A DNA stretch of 64,000 nt from Terriglobia bacterium (GTDB lineage: Bacteria > Acidobacteriota > Terriglobia > Terriglobales > Acidobacteriaceae): NCBI GenBank assembly GCA_963813645.1, contig CAWEZS010000012.1, positions 225,846 to 289,845 of the forward strand. The letters are read 5' to 3'. How positions within the stretch are numbered: the stretch's first letter is position 1; each line of letters begins with the position of its first letter. The translations under genes were made by a program, and so were the position numbers. Of the stretch, positions 1-9,916 are shown piece by piece. The notes under the pieces are model-generated. The model was not told where the DNA came from. It saw only the letters and a list, made by a program, of their open reading frames with translations, and ran no database searches.

Positions 1-676
1 CGAAGGTGTATTCAGCCGCCAGCGGGGTCTGCCCCGGGTCTTCGGGACTCCACGGGCCGAAAGTTCCCTTGGTTTCGATTTCCCCGGGAGGGATTGCGTT
101 GGTGAGCTGCGCCGTGAACTTGGCGGGACGGTCCAGGCCGACCGAATGCATCACCAGATGGTGAATCGCGAACACGTGGGGATCTTTGTCCGCCGACTTA
201 GGCAGCATTCGAAGTTCCGCGTCGTCAGAAACGATTTCTCCGATCAACACTGGAAGATTCTTGGCTTTTGGCCAATTCTGCGACCCTCTATCGCCCTTGG
301 GCGGAATCTGTATCACCAACCCCTTGAGCGTGACCTGGTCTACCCTCCACGGTTTCCAGGGCAGCCCCAGGATGCCGGCCTGGGCGGAGAACTCGCGAAT
401 GGAAATGAGGGGCGGAATATCAGTGCGGCCATCGTGACGGAGCACGAGTCCTGAACCTTCGATCCGCGCTCCTGGAAACAGGTTGACGTGAAACTCTTTG
501 AGTTCCACCTCGGCGTGGAATTTATCGCGAAGCAGCTCCACGACCTTCTTGTGCAGATACGGATTGGAGAGATGGATTCCGGCCACGATGGCGCACACTG
601 ATGCGATCACGACCAGTGATATCACGATCAAGAGAACCTTGCTTACCGGCCGGGTCTTTATTTCGGTCATGGGCAT
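1..676 (-). CDS. AsmA-like envelope protein, N-terminal part (gene runs off the window start)
   Basis: Absent from the ORF track because it has no stop in the window. My reverse-strand translation from ATG 676 (or 670) reads MPMTEIKTRPVSKVLLIVISLVVIASVCAIVAGIHLSNPYLHKKVVELLRDKFHAEVELKEFHVNLFPGARIEGSGLVLRHDGRTDIPPLISIREF... and stays open to nt 1. It has an N-terminal TM anchor. The family call is from memory. Confidence 0.55.
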   Translation of the reverse strand, partial: MPMTEIKTRPVSKVLLIVISLVVIASVCAIVAGIHLSNPYLHKKVVELLRDKFHAEVELKEFHVNLFPGARIEGSGLVLRHDGRTDIPPLISIREFSAQAGILGLPWKPWRVDQVTLKGLVIQIPPKGDRGSQNWPKAKNLPVLIGEIVSDDAELRMLPKSADKDPHVFAIHHLVMHSVGLDRPAKFTAQLTNAIPPGEIETKGTFGPWSPEDPGQTPLAAEYTF

Positions 677-851
677 CAGTCTCTGACGCTGCTTCGCGGC
701 CAGGGGTTGGCAGCAGAACGCCAGCAATCTTACCGAAATGGTGCTGGCCACGCTACGGCGGCACGCATGACTTACCGCAGGTCAACCCTTCAGTCGCATA
801 GGGTGACCGAAATTCCTGACGGTTAGCATCACTGAGTTATCCTAGACATGC

Positions 852-1841
852 ATGAAACGGCGGTCGCCCACGCTCGAGGGGTTTCAGACGATGTTTCGGC
901 TGCCCGTGCTTGGGTTAGCTGAGATCGCGGGGCGATGGAGTTTTGGGGTTGCGGCGGCGGCAGCACTCATCTTTGCGCTCCGCGAATACCTGGCCACCCT
1001 GCCAGTGACAGCGGGAGAGATGCTTTTGATGCGCACCCGCCAGCCGGCCTTAATCGTGCAGGCTCTCGCCCGCATCTTCCGGGGAAGCGCACCGCGGGCG
1101 GCGGCGGCATTGGTCGTGCTGACGCTGGCCCTGACGCTGGCGTGGATCGTGCTCGCGTCCGTCGGGCGTGCGCTCACTCTCAAAACGCTGCTGGAGTACT
1201 TCCGCGGTTCCGGAAGACCGTCAAACTCAGCCATGCAGGGCTTAGCCTCGCTGCTGGTCCTGAACTCCCTTCGCGCCGCCACGATGCTGGCCGCCACCGT
1301 GGGTGTTGTCGGCGCCATGCTGGTTGCCCGAGCTGCCTCGTCGCCAGAAGATCCTTCCCCCGGGAAGGTACTTTTAATCTTTTGGTTGTTGATCATGTTG
1401 ATCGGCCTGGCGTGCCCGCTGTTGAACTGGTATCTGTCGCTGGCCGCGATCTTCGTGGTGCGAGATAAGGTGTCGGCATTCGGCTCCCTCGCTAAAGCCA
1501 CGGACCTCTGCCGCATGCGCCCGGGTGCGCTGGCTAGTGCTGGCACCTGGTTCGGTATTGCGCATGCGATTATGTTCGTCGTTGCCAGCTCGGCCGTGGC
1601 AGTTCCCCTGGGTTTTGCGGAAGTACTCCCCGGAAGTATGGTCTTCGGCGGTGTTCTGCTGGTGACGCTGCTCTATTTCGCCGCTGTGGATTTCCTCTAT
1701 GTCGGCCGCCTGGCCACGTACGTTTTCCTGCTCGAAGAGCCGGAGCCCGAGCCTAAGCCGTCCATGCTGCTTCCGTCGGACGACGACATACTCAGCGACA
1801 TTCCCGGCCTGGTTCCTCCGCTCGAGGCGGCGGGAAGCTGA
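852..1841 (+). CDS. hypothetical polytopic membrane protein with acidic PEPEPEPKP tail
   Basis: 329-aa ORF with several hydrophobic helices. No recognisable family. Confidence 0.6.
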   Translation: MKRRSPTLEGFQTMFRLPVLGLAEIAGRWSFGVAAAAALIFALREYLATLPVTAGEMLLMRTRQPALIVQALARIFRGSAPRAAAALVVLTLALTLAWIVLASVGRALTLKTLLEYFRGSGRPSNSAMQGLASLLVLNSLRAATMLAATVGVVGAMLVARAASSPEDPSPGKVLLIFWLLIMLIGLACPLLNWYLSLAAIFVVRDKVSAFGSLAKATDLCRMRPGALASAGTWFGIAHAIMFVVASSAVAVPLGFAEVLPGSMVFGGVLLVTLLYFAAVDFLYVGRLATYVFLLEEPEPEPKPSMLLPSDDDILSDIPGLVPPLEAAGS

Positions 1842-1849
1842 AGCGCAAC

Positions 1850-1891
1850 TGAGAACCGAGACCTAAGTGAACTAACAACTGAGAGTTCACC
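1850..1891. repeat. short heptad-like array TGAGAAC CGAGACC TAAGTGA ACTAACA ACTGAGA GTTCACC
   Basis: Shares the TGAGAAC unit with 16793-16855 and contains the GTGAAC..GTTCAC inverted pair. Confidence 0.4.
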
Positions 1892-1896
1892 CAGCA

Positions 1897-1932
1897 GATT
1901 CCTCGCGCGACAAAGCCGCGCTTCGGAATGAC
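1897..1932. repeat. solo terminal module resembling the family A variant end
   Basis: GATTCCTCGCGCGACAAAGCCGCGCTTCGGAATGAC compared with GATCCTTCACGACTAAAGTCGTTCAGGATGAC at 27777-27808. Confidence 0.4.
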
Positions 1933-2023
1933 AACGCTTCTGGGATTTTTGGAGTTTTAAAACTGCATACGTGGCTCCCCCGCTACCCCTTTACACGTCC
2001 TCCACAATCTGAGAAACTCGTCC

Positions 2024-3586
2024 GTGGAAACACAGTCCATCGTCGTCCTCGATTTCGGGGCGCAGTATTCCCAACTCATCGCGCGCCGCATCCGTGAACA
2101 AAATGTCTTTTCGGTGGTGCTTCCGTGCACTGCCCCGCTGCAAGAAATTCTCAGCTACTCGCCTGTAGGCATCATTCTTTCCGGCGGGCCATCGTCAGTG
2201 TATGACGCTGACGCTCCGCCCGCGGATACCGGCGTGCTTCAGTTGGGCCTGCCGGTGCTTGGCATCTGTTACGGACTGCAGTTCATGGTGCACACTCTCG
2301 GCGGCAAGGTGCGCGCTGCGGACAAGCGCGAGTACGGTCATGCCAACGTTGAAATCCAGAATGGCTGCCGGCTTTTCGAAGGACTCCCTGCAAAACTTTC
2401 CGTCTGGATGTCGCATGGGGACGAAGCGGTCGAACTGCCCGCCGGATTCCACCTCGTCGCCAGTTCTCCGAGTGCGGTGGCCGCAATCGAAGCGCCGGAG
2501 AGAAAAATGTGGGCGGTGCAATTCCATCCCGAAGTGCATCATACCCAGTCGGGCGCCGACATTTTGCGCAACTTTGCGCTCAACATTTGTGGCGCAAAGC
2601 CTACCTGGACTGCGCAGCACTTCATTGACGCCAGCATTGCCAGCGTCCGTCACACCGTGGGCTCGGGACGCGCCATCTGCGCTCTCTCCGGAGGCGTCGA
2701 TTCCGCGGTCGCGGCCACGCTGGTAGATCGTGCGATGCGCGACGACAACGGCTCCTCGCGGCTTACTTGTGTGTTCGTCAACAATGGCGTGCTGCGCAAG
2801 AACGAGTTCGAAAAGGTGCAGCGCGGCTTGCGCGACAACCTGGGTCTGCGGCTGATCGCAGTTGACGCCACCGAGCGTTTCCTCAGCAGACTCGCGGGCG
2901 TCACTGATCCGGAGACCAAGCGGAAGATCATCGGTAAGGAATTCATCGCGGTCTTCGATGAGGAAGCGCAGCGCATTGAAAAAGCGGAAGGCAAGGTGGA
3001 ATGGCTGGTCCAGGGCACGCTCTATCCTGATGTGATCGAGTCGCGTTCAGTGCGCGGCCCGTCGCAGACCATCAAGACTCACCACAACGTCGGCGGCCTG
3101 CCCGACAAGATGAAGCTCAAGCTGATCGAGCCGCTCAAAGACTTATTCAAAGATGAAGTCCGCAAGATTGGCCGCGACCTGGGCATGCCGGAAGAAGTTC
3201 TGCAACGCCAGCCCTTCCCGGGGCCGGGTTTGGCTGTCCGCATTCTGGGTGAAGTCACGCCCGACCGTCTGAAGATCCTGCGCGACTGTGATGACATCGT
3301 CGGCTCCGAAATCAAGAAGGCTGGTCTCTACACCAAAATCTGGCAATCCTTCGCGGTCCTGCTGCCGGTGATGTCAGTCGGCGTGATGGGCGACCAGCGC
3401 ACCTACGCCTACACTTGCGCGGTGCGCGCCGTTCATTCTGAAGATGGCATGACCGCCGACTGGGTCCCGCTCCCGCATGAAGTGCTGAAAACCATTTCCA
3501 GCCGGATCGTGAACGAGGTGAAGGGCGTCAACCGGGTAGTTTATGACATCACTTCGAAGCCGCCGGGAACGATTGAGTGGGAATGA
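2024..3586 (+). CDS. guaA: glutamine-hydrolysing GMP synthase
   Basis: 520 aa with a GTG start. N-terminal GATase domain (VLDFGAQYSQLIARRIRE, GICYG), ATP-PPase SGGVDS motif, C-terminal ...KPPGTIEWE. Confidence 0.95.
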   Translation: METQSIVVLDFGAQYSQLIARRIREQNVFSVVLPCTAPLQEILSYSPVGIILSGGPSSVYDADAPPADTGVLQLGLPVLGICYGLQFMVHTLGGKVRAADKREYGHANVEIQNGCRLFEGLPAKLSVWMSHGDEAVELPAGFHLVASSPSAVAAIEAPERKMWAVQFHPEVHHTQSGADILRNFALNICGAKPTWTAQHFIDASIASVRHTVGSGRAICALSGGVDSAVAATLVDRAMRDDNGSSRLTCVFVNNGVLRKNEFEKVQRGLRDNLGLRLIAVDATERFLSRLAGVTDPETKRKIIGKEFIAVFDEEAQRIEKAEGKVEWLVQGTLYPDVIESRSVRGPSQTIKTHHNVGGLPDKMKLKLIEPLKDLFKDEVRKIGRDLGMPEEVLQRQPFPGPGLAVRILGEVTPDRLKILRDCDDIVGSEIKKAGLYTKIWQSFAVLLPVMSVGVMGDQRTYAYTCAVRAVHSEDGMTADWVPLPHEVLKTISSRIVNEVKGVNRVVYDITSKPPGTIEWE

Positions 3587-3599
3587 TCCTTATCGCAAT

Positions 3600-3796
3600 G
3601 TCATCCTGAGCAGAAGCCTTCCGTTCGCTTGCGAATGGAAGGTTGCAGTCGAAGGACCCCTACGCTCGGAACGGCACCAGCCGTTTTTGACCTTCACTGC
3701 TACAATCCCGTGAACTAGGCAGCCCGTGGATTCGGTAGGGGTCCTTCGACTCCGCAGTTGCTTCGCGATGCGAAGCAACCGCTGCGCTCAGGATGA
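3600..3796. repeat. family A element: two inverted 62-64-nt units (3600-3663 and 3735-3796)
   Basis: GTCATCCTGAGC...GTCGAAGGACCCCTAC / GTAGGGGTCCTTCGAC...GCTCAGGATGAC. Each unit has an internal hairpin. Confidence 0.75.
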
Positions 3797-5994
3797 CACA
3801 GAAGCCGGATGCTATGAGCAGGGCGTCACTCACGAAGATCGTCTGCGTAGTGGTAATCGGGATCGCCGCTTCGGGCATTGGTCAATCGCAAACCTTCCCC
3901 GTCAGCCCGGGCATAGCCTCCGAGCAACGCGATTGGCCGGTGTATGGCGGCGCTCCGGAAAATACCCACTACTCGTCCCTGAAGCAGATCAATCGCGCAA
4001 ACGTAAAGCAACTGCAGGTTGCCTGGAGCTTCGACACCGGCGAATCGGGCGGACTTCAGACCAGTCCGATCATCGTGGGCGATGTGCTTTTCGCGTATAG
4101 TCCCTCGCAAAAAGTAATTGCGCTGAACGCCGCCACCGGCGAGCTCCTGTGGAAGTTTGCTCCCCCCATTCACGGATGGCAGCCCGCTCGCGGCCTGGCC
4201 TACTGGAGCGATGGCAAGGAAAAGCGCATCCTCGCGGGCATCATGAATTCGGTCTATGCGCTCGATGCAGGCACCGGGAAGCCGATCTCAAGCTTTGGAG
4301 AGAACGGCCGCATCGATCTGCGCAAAGATCTGGGGCGAGATCCGGAAACCCAGTCCATCGCGCTGACCAGCCCCGGTGTTATCTACAAGGACCTCTTGAT
4401 CGTGGGCGGGCGCGACCCGGAGACGCTGCCTGCACCTCCCGGGGATATTCGCGCCTACAAGGTCCGCAGCGGCAAGCTGGCGTGGTCGTTCCATACCATC
4501 CCGCACCCGGGGGAGTTTGGTTACGACACCTGGCCCAAAGACGCCTGGAAATATAGCGGCTCGGCTAACAACTGGGCCGGGATGGCAATTGATCTGAAGC
4601 GTGGGATTCTTTACGTGCCGACGGGTTCCGCCGCCATGGATTTTTATGGCGCAAACCGGATCGGCGACAACCTTTTCGCCAACTGCCTGATCGCGCTGAA
4701 GGCAGAAACCGGAGAACGGATCTGGCATTTTCAAGGCGTCCGGCACGACATTTGGGACCGGGATTTTCCTTCAACACCAACTCTGGTTACGGTGCAGCGC
4801 GATGGAAAAGACGTGGACGCCGTCGCCCAAAGCAGCAAGCAGGGCTTTGTCTACTTATTTGATCGCAGCGACGGAAAGCCACTTTTTCCCGTTGAGTCCC
4901 GAAAATACCCTGCCAGCGACGTGCCCGGAGAAGTGGCTGCCGCGGAACAGCTTCTGCCTACAAAGCCAGCGCCCTATGCGCGCCAGCGCCTCACTGAAGA
5001 TATGCTGACCAATCGGACTCCGGAAGCCCACCGCTGGGCGGTTGAGCAATTCCGCAAGTTCCGCAGCGAGGGCCAATTCGTCCCACTCAGCGTGGGCAAG
5101 GACACGATTGTATTTCCCGGCTTCGACGGCGGCGCAGAGTGGGGCGGGTCCGCCGTGGATCCCGCGACCGGAATGCTCTACGTAAACGCGAATGAAATGG
5201 CGTGGACGGGAGCCCTGGCGGAAAACACGGGCAACGCTTCCAGCGGACGCGGAATCTATCAGAGCCAATGCAGCGCCTGCCACGGCGACAACATGGCGGG
5301 CTCCCCGCCGCAGTTCCCTGCCCTCACCGGCATCGCCAACCGGATGGGCCCGAAGGAGATCACCTCCACGATCACCGAAGGCAAAGGCCGAATGCCGGCT
5401 TTCACCAATTTGAGCGAGGATCAGCTCTTCGCGCTCCTCGAATATGTGATGAGCGGCGAGAGCAAGGAACTGCAAAGTTCCGCGCCGGTTCCGCCGGAAA
5501 TAAAATACCGTTTCACCGGATACAAGAAGTTCCTCGACCCCGAAGGATATCCGGCGATTACGCCCCCCTGGGGCACGCTGAACGCGATCAACCTGAATAC
5601 CGGAGAGTACGCCTGGAAGATTCCCCTGGGCGAGTATCCTGAACTCGCCGCACAGGGGCTGAAAAATACTGGAAGCGAGAATTACGGCGGGCCTATTGTG
5701 ACCGCCGGCGGGCTGCTGTTTATCGGGGCGTCCAATTTCGATCGAAAATTTCGTGCCTTCGATAAGTCGACCGGCGTACTGCTGTGGGAGACGACGCTGC
5801 CCTTCTCAGGCAACGCCACGCCCGCCACCTACGAAGTCGATGGGCGCCAATATGTGGTCATAGCCGCCGGCGGTGGCAAAGATCCCAAACAAGGCTCGGG
5901 AGGGGTTTACGTCGCATTCGCACTTCCTCGCGCCGCTTCGCCGAGGGACGGGCGTACCGCCCGTGCCGCGCGGGACGCCCGGCCTCCATTCTGA
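3793..5994 (+). CDS. PQQ-dependent dehydrogenase (glucose/quinate/shikimate family) with embedded cytochrome c domain
   Basis: 733 aa with a signal peptide, beta-propeller W-rich repeats and a CSACHG haem-binding motif mid-protein. ATG 3793 lies inside a repeat terminus, so 3814 is an alternative start. Confidence 0.85.
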   Translation: MTQKPDAMSRASLTKIVCVVVIGIAASGIGQSQTFPVSPGIASEQRDWPVYGGAPENTHYSSLKQINRANVKQLQVAWSFDTGESGGLQTSPIIVGDVLFAYSPSQKVIALNAATGELLWKFAPPIHGWQPARGLAYWSDGKEKRILAGIMNSVYALDAGTGKPISSFGENGRIDLRKDLGRDPETQSIALTSPGVIYKDLLIVGGRDPETLPAPPGDIRAYKVRSGKLAWSFHTIPHPGEFGYDTWPKDAWKYSGSANNWAGMAIDLKRGILYVPTGSAAMDFYGANRIGDNLFANCLIALKAETGERIWHFQGVRHDIWDRDFPSTPTLVTVQRDGKDVDAVAQSSKQGFVYLFDRSDGKPLFPVESRKYPASDVPGEVAAAEQLLPTKPAPYARQRLTEDMLTNRTPEAHRWAVEQFRKFRSEGQFVPLSVGKDTIVFPGFDGGAEWGGSAVDPATGMLYVNANEMAWTGALAENTGNASSGRGIYQSQCSACHGDNMAGSPPQFPALTGIANRMGPKEITSTITEGKGRMPAFTNLSEDQLFALLEYVMSGESKELQSSAPVPPEIKYRFTGYKKFLDPEGYPAITPPWGTLNAINLNTGEYAWKIPLGEYPELAAQGLKNTGSENYGGPIVTAGGLLFIGASNFDRKFRAFDKSTGVLLWETTLPFSGNATPATYEVDGRQYVVIAAGGGKDPKQGSGGVYVAFALPRAASPRDGRTARAARDARPPF

Positions 5995-6003
5995 CCTGAC
6001 GCC

Positions 6004-6840
6004 CTACTCCACTCTTTCCGATACCCAGCGCGAAATCGCAGTAGCCATCTTTCGAGGGGAGACCCGAATGGATTCTGCGACCAGCCAGTTGCGGAGTCCG
6101 GGAATCGCCAGCGTTTTGCCTTTGAGCAAAGCGCGATAGCCGGCGCGAGCTACCGTCTTCGCGTCCATGGGGCGAAGCTTTTTGAACAAGCGGGAAGCGT
6201 CGTTGCCGGCGCGGCCGGCAAATCCGGTTTCGGTTGCTCCCGGGCATAGACAAGTCACAGCAATCCCCTTGTCAGCGAGTTCGTTCGCTAACGCCTCAGA
6301 GAATGAAATTACATAAGCCTTAGTCGCGTAGTAAACCGCCATCAACGGACCTGGTTGAAAGCCCGCCGTCGAAGCCACATTCATGATCTTGCCGGTGCGG
6401 CGTCCCAGCATGGGCCCAAGAAAGAGCTTGGTCAGTTCGGTGAGCGCAGTGACGTTGAGCTGGATCTGTCCCAGGCTCTCTGGTAGCGGGACATCGGCGA
6501 ATTCGCCATACCGGCCGTATCCGGCGTTGTTCACCAGAATATCCACGGCACTGCCTTCGCTCTGGAGTTGCTCAAACAACGACTGCGGAGCGCTGGGCTC
6601 AGTGAGATCGAGGGCAAACGTCCTGACAGTGATTCCGAACTGGCGCTGCAGTTCATCGGCAACCTGCGCCAGCCTGGGCCGGTTGCGTGCGACCAGTACC
6701 AGGTTGTGATGGTCGTTGGCGAAGAGCTTGGCCAGTTCGTATCCGATGCCGCCGGACGCGCCGGTGATCAAGGCGACGGGAACACGCTCACTCACAACAT
6801 CCCCCAGGAGGGTTGTCATCCTGAATGGCCTTCCGGCCAC
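6004..6840 (-). CDS. SDR family oxidoreductase
   Basis: ALITGASGGIG Rossmann motif, NNAG, YxxxK (YYATKAY). The start may be the internal ATG at 6819. Confidence 0.85.
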   Translation of the reverse strand: MAGRPFRMTTLLGDVVSERVPVALITGASGGIGYELAKLFANDHHNLVLVARNRPRLAQVADELQRQFGITVRTFALDLTEPSAPQSLFEQLQSEGSAVDILVNNAGYGRYGEFADVPLPESLGQIQLNVTALTELTKLFLGPMLGRRTGKIMNVASTAGFQPGPLMAVYYATKAYVISFSEALANELADKGIAVTCLCPGATETGFAGRAGNDASRLFKKLRPMDAKTVARAGYRALLKGKTLAIPGLRNWLVAESIRVSPRKMATAISRWVSERVE

Positions 6841-6887
6841 GACGATGCATGCATTGCTGTAGGTGCCGGGGAAGCAGGTATGGATTC

Positions 6888-6917
6888 ACAAAAAAAGGCG
6901 AGCCGCGAAGCCCGCCC
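6888..6917 (-). terminator. rho-independent terminator after the lacD-like gene
   Basis: Minus-strand RNA GGGCGGGCTTCGCGGCTCGCC forms a 7-bp GC stem followed by TTTTTTT. Confidence 0.6.
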
Positions 6918-6942
6918 TTACCAATCGTCTAAGTAACGTGGT

Positions 6943-7950
6943 CTACGCCGTGACCATCGCCGGCTCAACCCCGTAAATCGGATACCACGGCGTCGCAGCC
7001 TTCAAACGTTCGTTCACGTTATTGATGTTGGTCACGCCTTCAGTTTCCAGCCATTCGCGGAACGCATTGGCACCCTGCTTGGCGTAAATCGGAATACCTT
7101 CCTTCCAAGTGGCACGGCCGCACAGCACGCCATTGAACTTGACCCCGGACTCCGCCGCCAGTTCCAGCGCCTCGGTATACTCGGCATTACTCACGCCTGC
7201 GGAGAGATAAATAAACGGTTTGGTGGTGGCGGTCGCCGCCTCCAGGAACAGGCCCATGGCTTCCATTTTGCTATAGGCTTTCTGGCCCCCGAAGGCCTTG
7301 GTGCCGTCGACGTACTTCATATTGATTGGCACTTCGACTTTTAGGACATCCACGCCGTAACGGTCCTTGCTGAACTCCTTCATGCTGGCGGCAACAATCT
7401 TTGGCTTCTTCTTGGCGTAGTCCAGGCCTTTCTCGTCCGCGCCTTCTTCGTAGCCCACGAATTCGAGGAAAAACGGGATGTCGTTGCCCCGACACTCATC
7501 CCCGATGCGTTCTACCCAGGCATGCTTTTTGTCGTTCACGTCTTTGGGGTCGAAGGGCGAGTAGTAAAGCAGGATCTTGAGGCAGTCCGCGCCGGCTTCT
7601 TTCAGGCGGCGCACTGACCAAAAATCAAGCAGATCGCCCAGACGCCCGGGGCCAGTCTTGTCGTACCCGGTCTTCTCATAGGCCAGCAACAATCCGGCAT
7701 TCTTGGCGCGGCGCTTGGAAGCTGGCAGCCCCCACTCCGGATCGAGCAGGATGGCGCTGGCATGGGGCGTAAGCACCTCGGTCACCAGCGACTTGAATTC
7801 TTCCATCATGGCGTCGCTCACTTCGCCGCCTTTTTCCTTGGCCAGCGATTTCTGTAACGAGCCGCGTTGGTCCATGGCAGCCGCGGCAATGACCCCGCGT
7901 TCGTTTGAAACATTTCTGAGCCCAGTCAGCTTTCCTGGGGTGAGTTTCAT
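6943..7950 (-). CDS. lacD: tagatose-1,6-bisphosphate aldolase (LacD family, class I)
   Basis: Strong resemblance along the whole length to LacD (ILLDPEWGLPAS, LLLAYEKTGYD, DVLKVEVPINMKYV, FNGVLCGRATW). Start chosen at MKLTPGKL. Confidence 0.9.
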   Translation of the reverse strand: MKLTPGKLTGLRNVSNERGVIAAAAMDQRGSLQKSLAKEKGGEVSDAMMEEFKSLVTEVLTPHASAILLDPEWGLPASKRRAKNAGLLLAYEKTGYDKTGPGRLGDLLDFWSVRRLKEAGADCLKILLYYSPFDPKDVNDKKHAWVERIGDECRGNDIPFFLEFVGYEEGADEKGLDYAKKKPKIVAASMKEFSKDRYGVDVLKVEVPINMKYVDGTKAFGGQKAYSKMEAMGLFLEAATATTKPFIYLSAGVSNAEYTEALELAAESGVKFNGVLCGRATWKEGIPIYAKQGANAFREWLETEGVTNINNVNERLKAATPWYPIYGVEPAMVTA

Positions 7951-8057
7951 AGATTCCTCCGACGGAAGCGTCAAATTCGCAACAATTGTAAACCATGGGG
8001 ACGGCAACGGGACCGGGAGGGTGAAATTTGGTGATTCGACGATCCGGACTGCCTTGT

Positions 8058-8159
8058 GTGGTCGCGGGCGACTCGCCCGCGGGTCTCGAGTCTAAAGTCA
8101 AAAGCCGCGGGCGAGGCCGCCCGCGACCACACTAAAGCCCTTCGCTTCCTGAGGATGAC
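8058..8159. repeat. GC-rich palindromic element (GTGGTCGCGGGCGACTCGCCCGCGG ... CCGCGGGCGAGGCCGCCCGCGACCAC) ending in CCTGAGGATGAC
   Basis: The arms 8058-8082 and 8105-8130 are inverted repeats, and the tail resembles a family A terminus. Confidence 0.55.
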
Positions 8160-8189
8160 AGAGCCATCCTGCTCGCGGTTTAATGGCGC

Positions 8190-8735
8190 ATGCACCTCGA
8201 CTGGATTCTTCTGCCAGTTCTTCTGGCGACGATGGCGGCATTGCTTTTTGTTCTTCGCCGCACTCGTTTTGGTCCTCTTCTGCGGGAACACATTGCCGAG
8301 CGTCCGCGGCGCCGGCTGTTTATCGCTTCGGTCAGCTTCTTTTTCACCTTTGCGATTGTGCGCGGCATGGTGTTTTGCATCGTGCATCATATTCCGCCCT
8401 TCCATTACGTGATCATGGAAGGCCGTCACATCCATCACCTGGTATTCGGGATTTTTATTCTGCTGTTTGTGGGTTACGGCTGGCTGTGCGAGTTCGGAAA
8501 TGGCAGCGATTCGTCGTCTGTTCTGGCCAGCGGTCTGATGTCGCTGCTATACGGATTGGGGGCGGCGCTGACGCTCGATGAATTCGCTCTGTGGTTGAAC
8601 TTGAAGGACGTCTACTTCGTGCGTGAAGGACGCTCCAGCTTCGACGCCATTATTCTTTTCGGTTCGCTGCTCGCCATCAGTACCTGGGGCGCGCCGCTTT
8701 TCTCGGCTTTGGCACGGGGCAAGCAAAATCGTTAA
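8190..8735 (+). CDS. hypothetical membrane protein
   Basis: 181 aa with about 5 hydrophobic helices. No family recognised. Confidence 0.6.
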   Translation: MHLDWILLPVLLATMAALLFVLRRTRFGPLLREHIAERPRRRLFIASVSFFFTFAIVRGMVFCIVHHIPPFHYVIMEGRHIHHLVFGIFILLFVGYGWLCEFGNGSDSSSVLASGLMSLLYGLGAALTLDEFALWLNLKDVYFVREGRSSFDAIILFGSLLAISTWGAPLFSALARGKQNR

Positions 8736-8774
8736 CCACGGAGGACACGAGGAACACAGAGGACAACCTTCCGC

Positions 8775-9512
8775 TTATTGCCGCAGTGTGAGGGTACCCA
8801 GTACTGCCTGCTGTTTGGCGATCAGCGATTGCACTCCCTGGCTGGCCAGGGTGATCATCTTTCCCAGTTGTTCTTCGTCGAACACCTGGTGCTCGGCTGT
8901 GGCCTGCACTTCGACCAGCTTGCGGCCGGCGGTCATGACAAAGTTCATGTCCACGTCGGCGCGTGAATCTTCCTCATAGGCCAGGTCGAGCAGGATCTCG
9001 CCATCCACAATTCCGACGCTCACCGCCGCCAGATAGTCGCGGAACGGAACTGAAGTCAGCGTGCCCGCCTCCACAAGTTTCTCGAGCGCCAGCCCGAGTG
9101 CGACAAAAGCACCGGTGACCGACGCGGTGCGGGTGCCGCCATCGGCCTGGATCACGTCGCAGTCAATCCAGATCGTGCGTTCGCCCATGCGCTCAAGATC
9201 GGTGACCGCCCGCAAGGAACGTCCAATCAGGCGCTGGATTTCATGAGTGCGCCCGCTGGGACGCCCTTTGCTGACCTCGCGTGGCGTGCGAGTCAGAGTG
9301 GCACGAGGCAGCATGCTGTACTCGCTTGAAATCCAGCCTTTGCCGCGGTTGCGCATGAACTGCGGTACCGTTTCTTCTACGGATGCGGTGCAGATCACGC
9401 GGGTATTGCCGAGTTCGATCAGGACCGACCCTTCGGCTGTATTGATGAAGTTAGGAATGATATTGACCGGCCGGAGTTGATCCGGCGAGCGGTTGTCTGA
9501 GCGATAGAACAT
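8775..9512 (-). CDS. rph: ribonuclease PH
   Basis: [13 protein letters not shown]...[19 protein letters not shown]...[15 protein letters not shown]...[11 protein letters not shown]. Start set at MFYRSD (9512), not the longer ORF. Confidence 0.95.
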   Translation of the reverse strand: MFYRSDNRSPDQLRPVNIIPNFINTAEGSVLIELGNTRVICTASVEETVPQFMRNRGKGWISSEYSMLPRATLTRTPREVSKGRPSGRTHEIQRLIGRSLRAVTDLERMGERTIWIDCDVIQADGGTRTASVTGAFVALGLALEKLVEAGTLTSVPFRDYLAAVSVGIVDGEILLDLAYEEDSRADVDMNFVMTAGRKLVEVQATAEHQVFDEEQLGKMITLASQGVQSLIAKQQAVLGTLTLRQ

Positions 9513-9665
9513 GAAAACGATTTTAGCAGCCAGCAGCGATCCGCCCGGGCAGCGGTGGGCGTTCTGCATCTGGTATTTGTTGGAGGTGTTCAAAACTGCA
9601 CAGATTAAAGTGCACCGGCGAAGTACTGTAACTTGTCGGAAATATCGCTTTCGCAGGGAGTTGTT

Positions 9666-9890
9666 GTGGACACAAACCAGAGACAAATCGCTTTATCCGT
9701 GCTCGAATGCCTCAGGGGAGACCTTGTTTACGCGCACCTGAACAATGGAAGTCGGGTTCTCGACGTGGCTGATCTGCGTCAGTACCTCTATGAACAAATG
9801 GACAGGATCAGGACGCACGCCATGACCATGAATGATCTGTACGGCTACCGTCAGGCCAGCGGCACGGCACAAACAAGAAAGCGCGCCTGA
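9666..9890 (+). CDS. hypothetical small protein (about 74 aa)
   Basis: ORF with CAGGGAG 5 nt upstream of GTG 9666. No family recognised, so it could be spurious. Confidence 0.3.
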   Translation: MDTNQRQIALSVLECLRGDLVYAHLNNGSRVLDVADLRQYLYEQMDRIRTHAMTMNDLYGYRQASGTAQTRKRA

Positions 9891-9916
9891 AGGCTACAAA
9901 CTCCGTAGCAGGGATC

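Noticed and set aside
146-801. Plus-strand ORFs at the window start (146-454, 186-437, 498-686, 601-801).
   Set aside because: The minus strand carries a continuous, protein-like reading frame from 676 to nt 1 (AsmA-like N-terminus). The plus-strand ORFs are its shadows.
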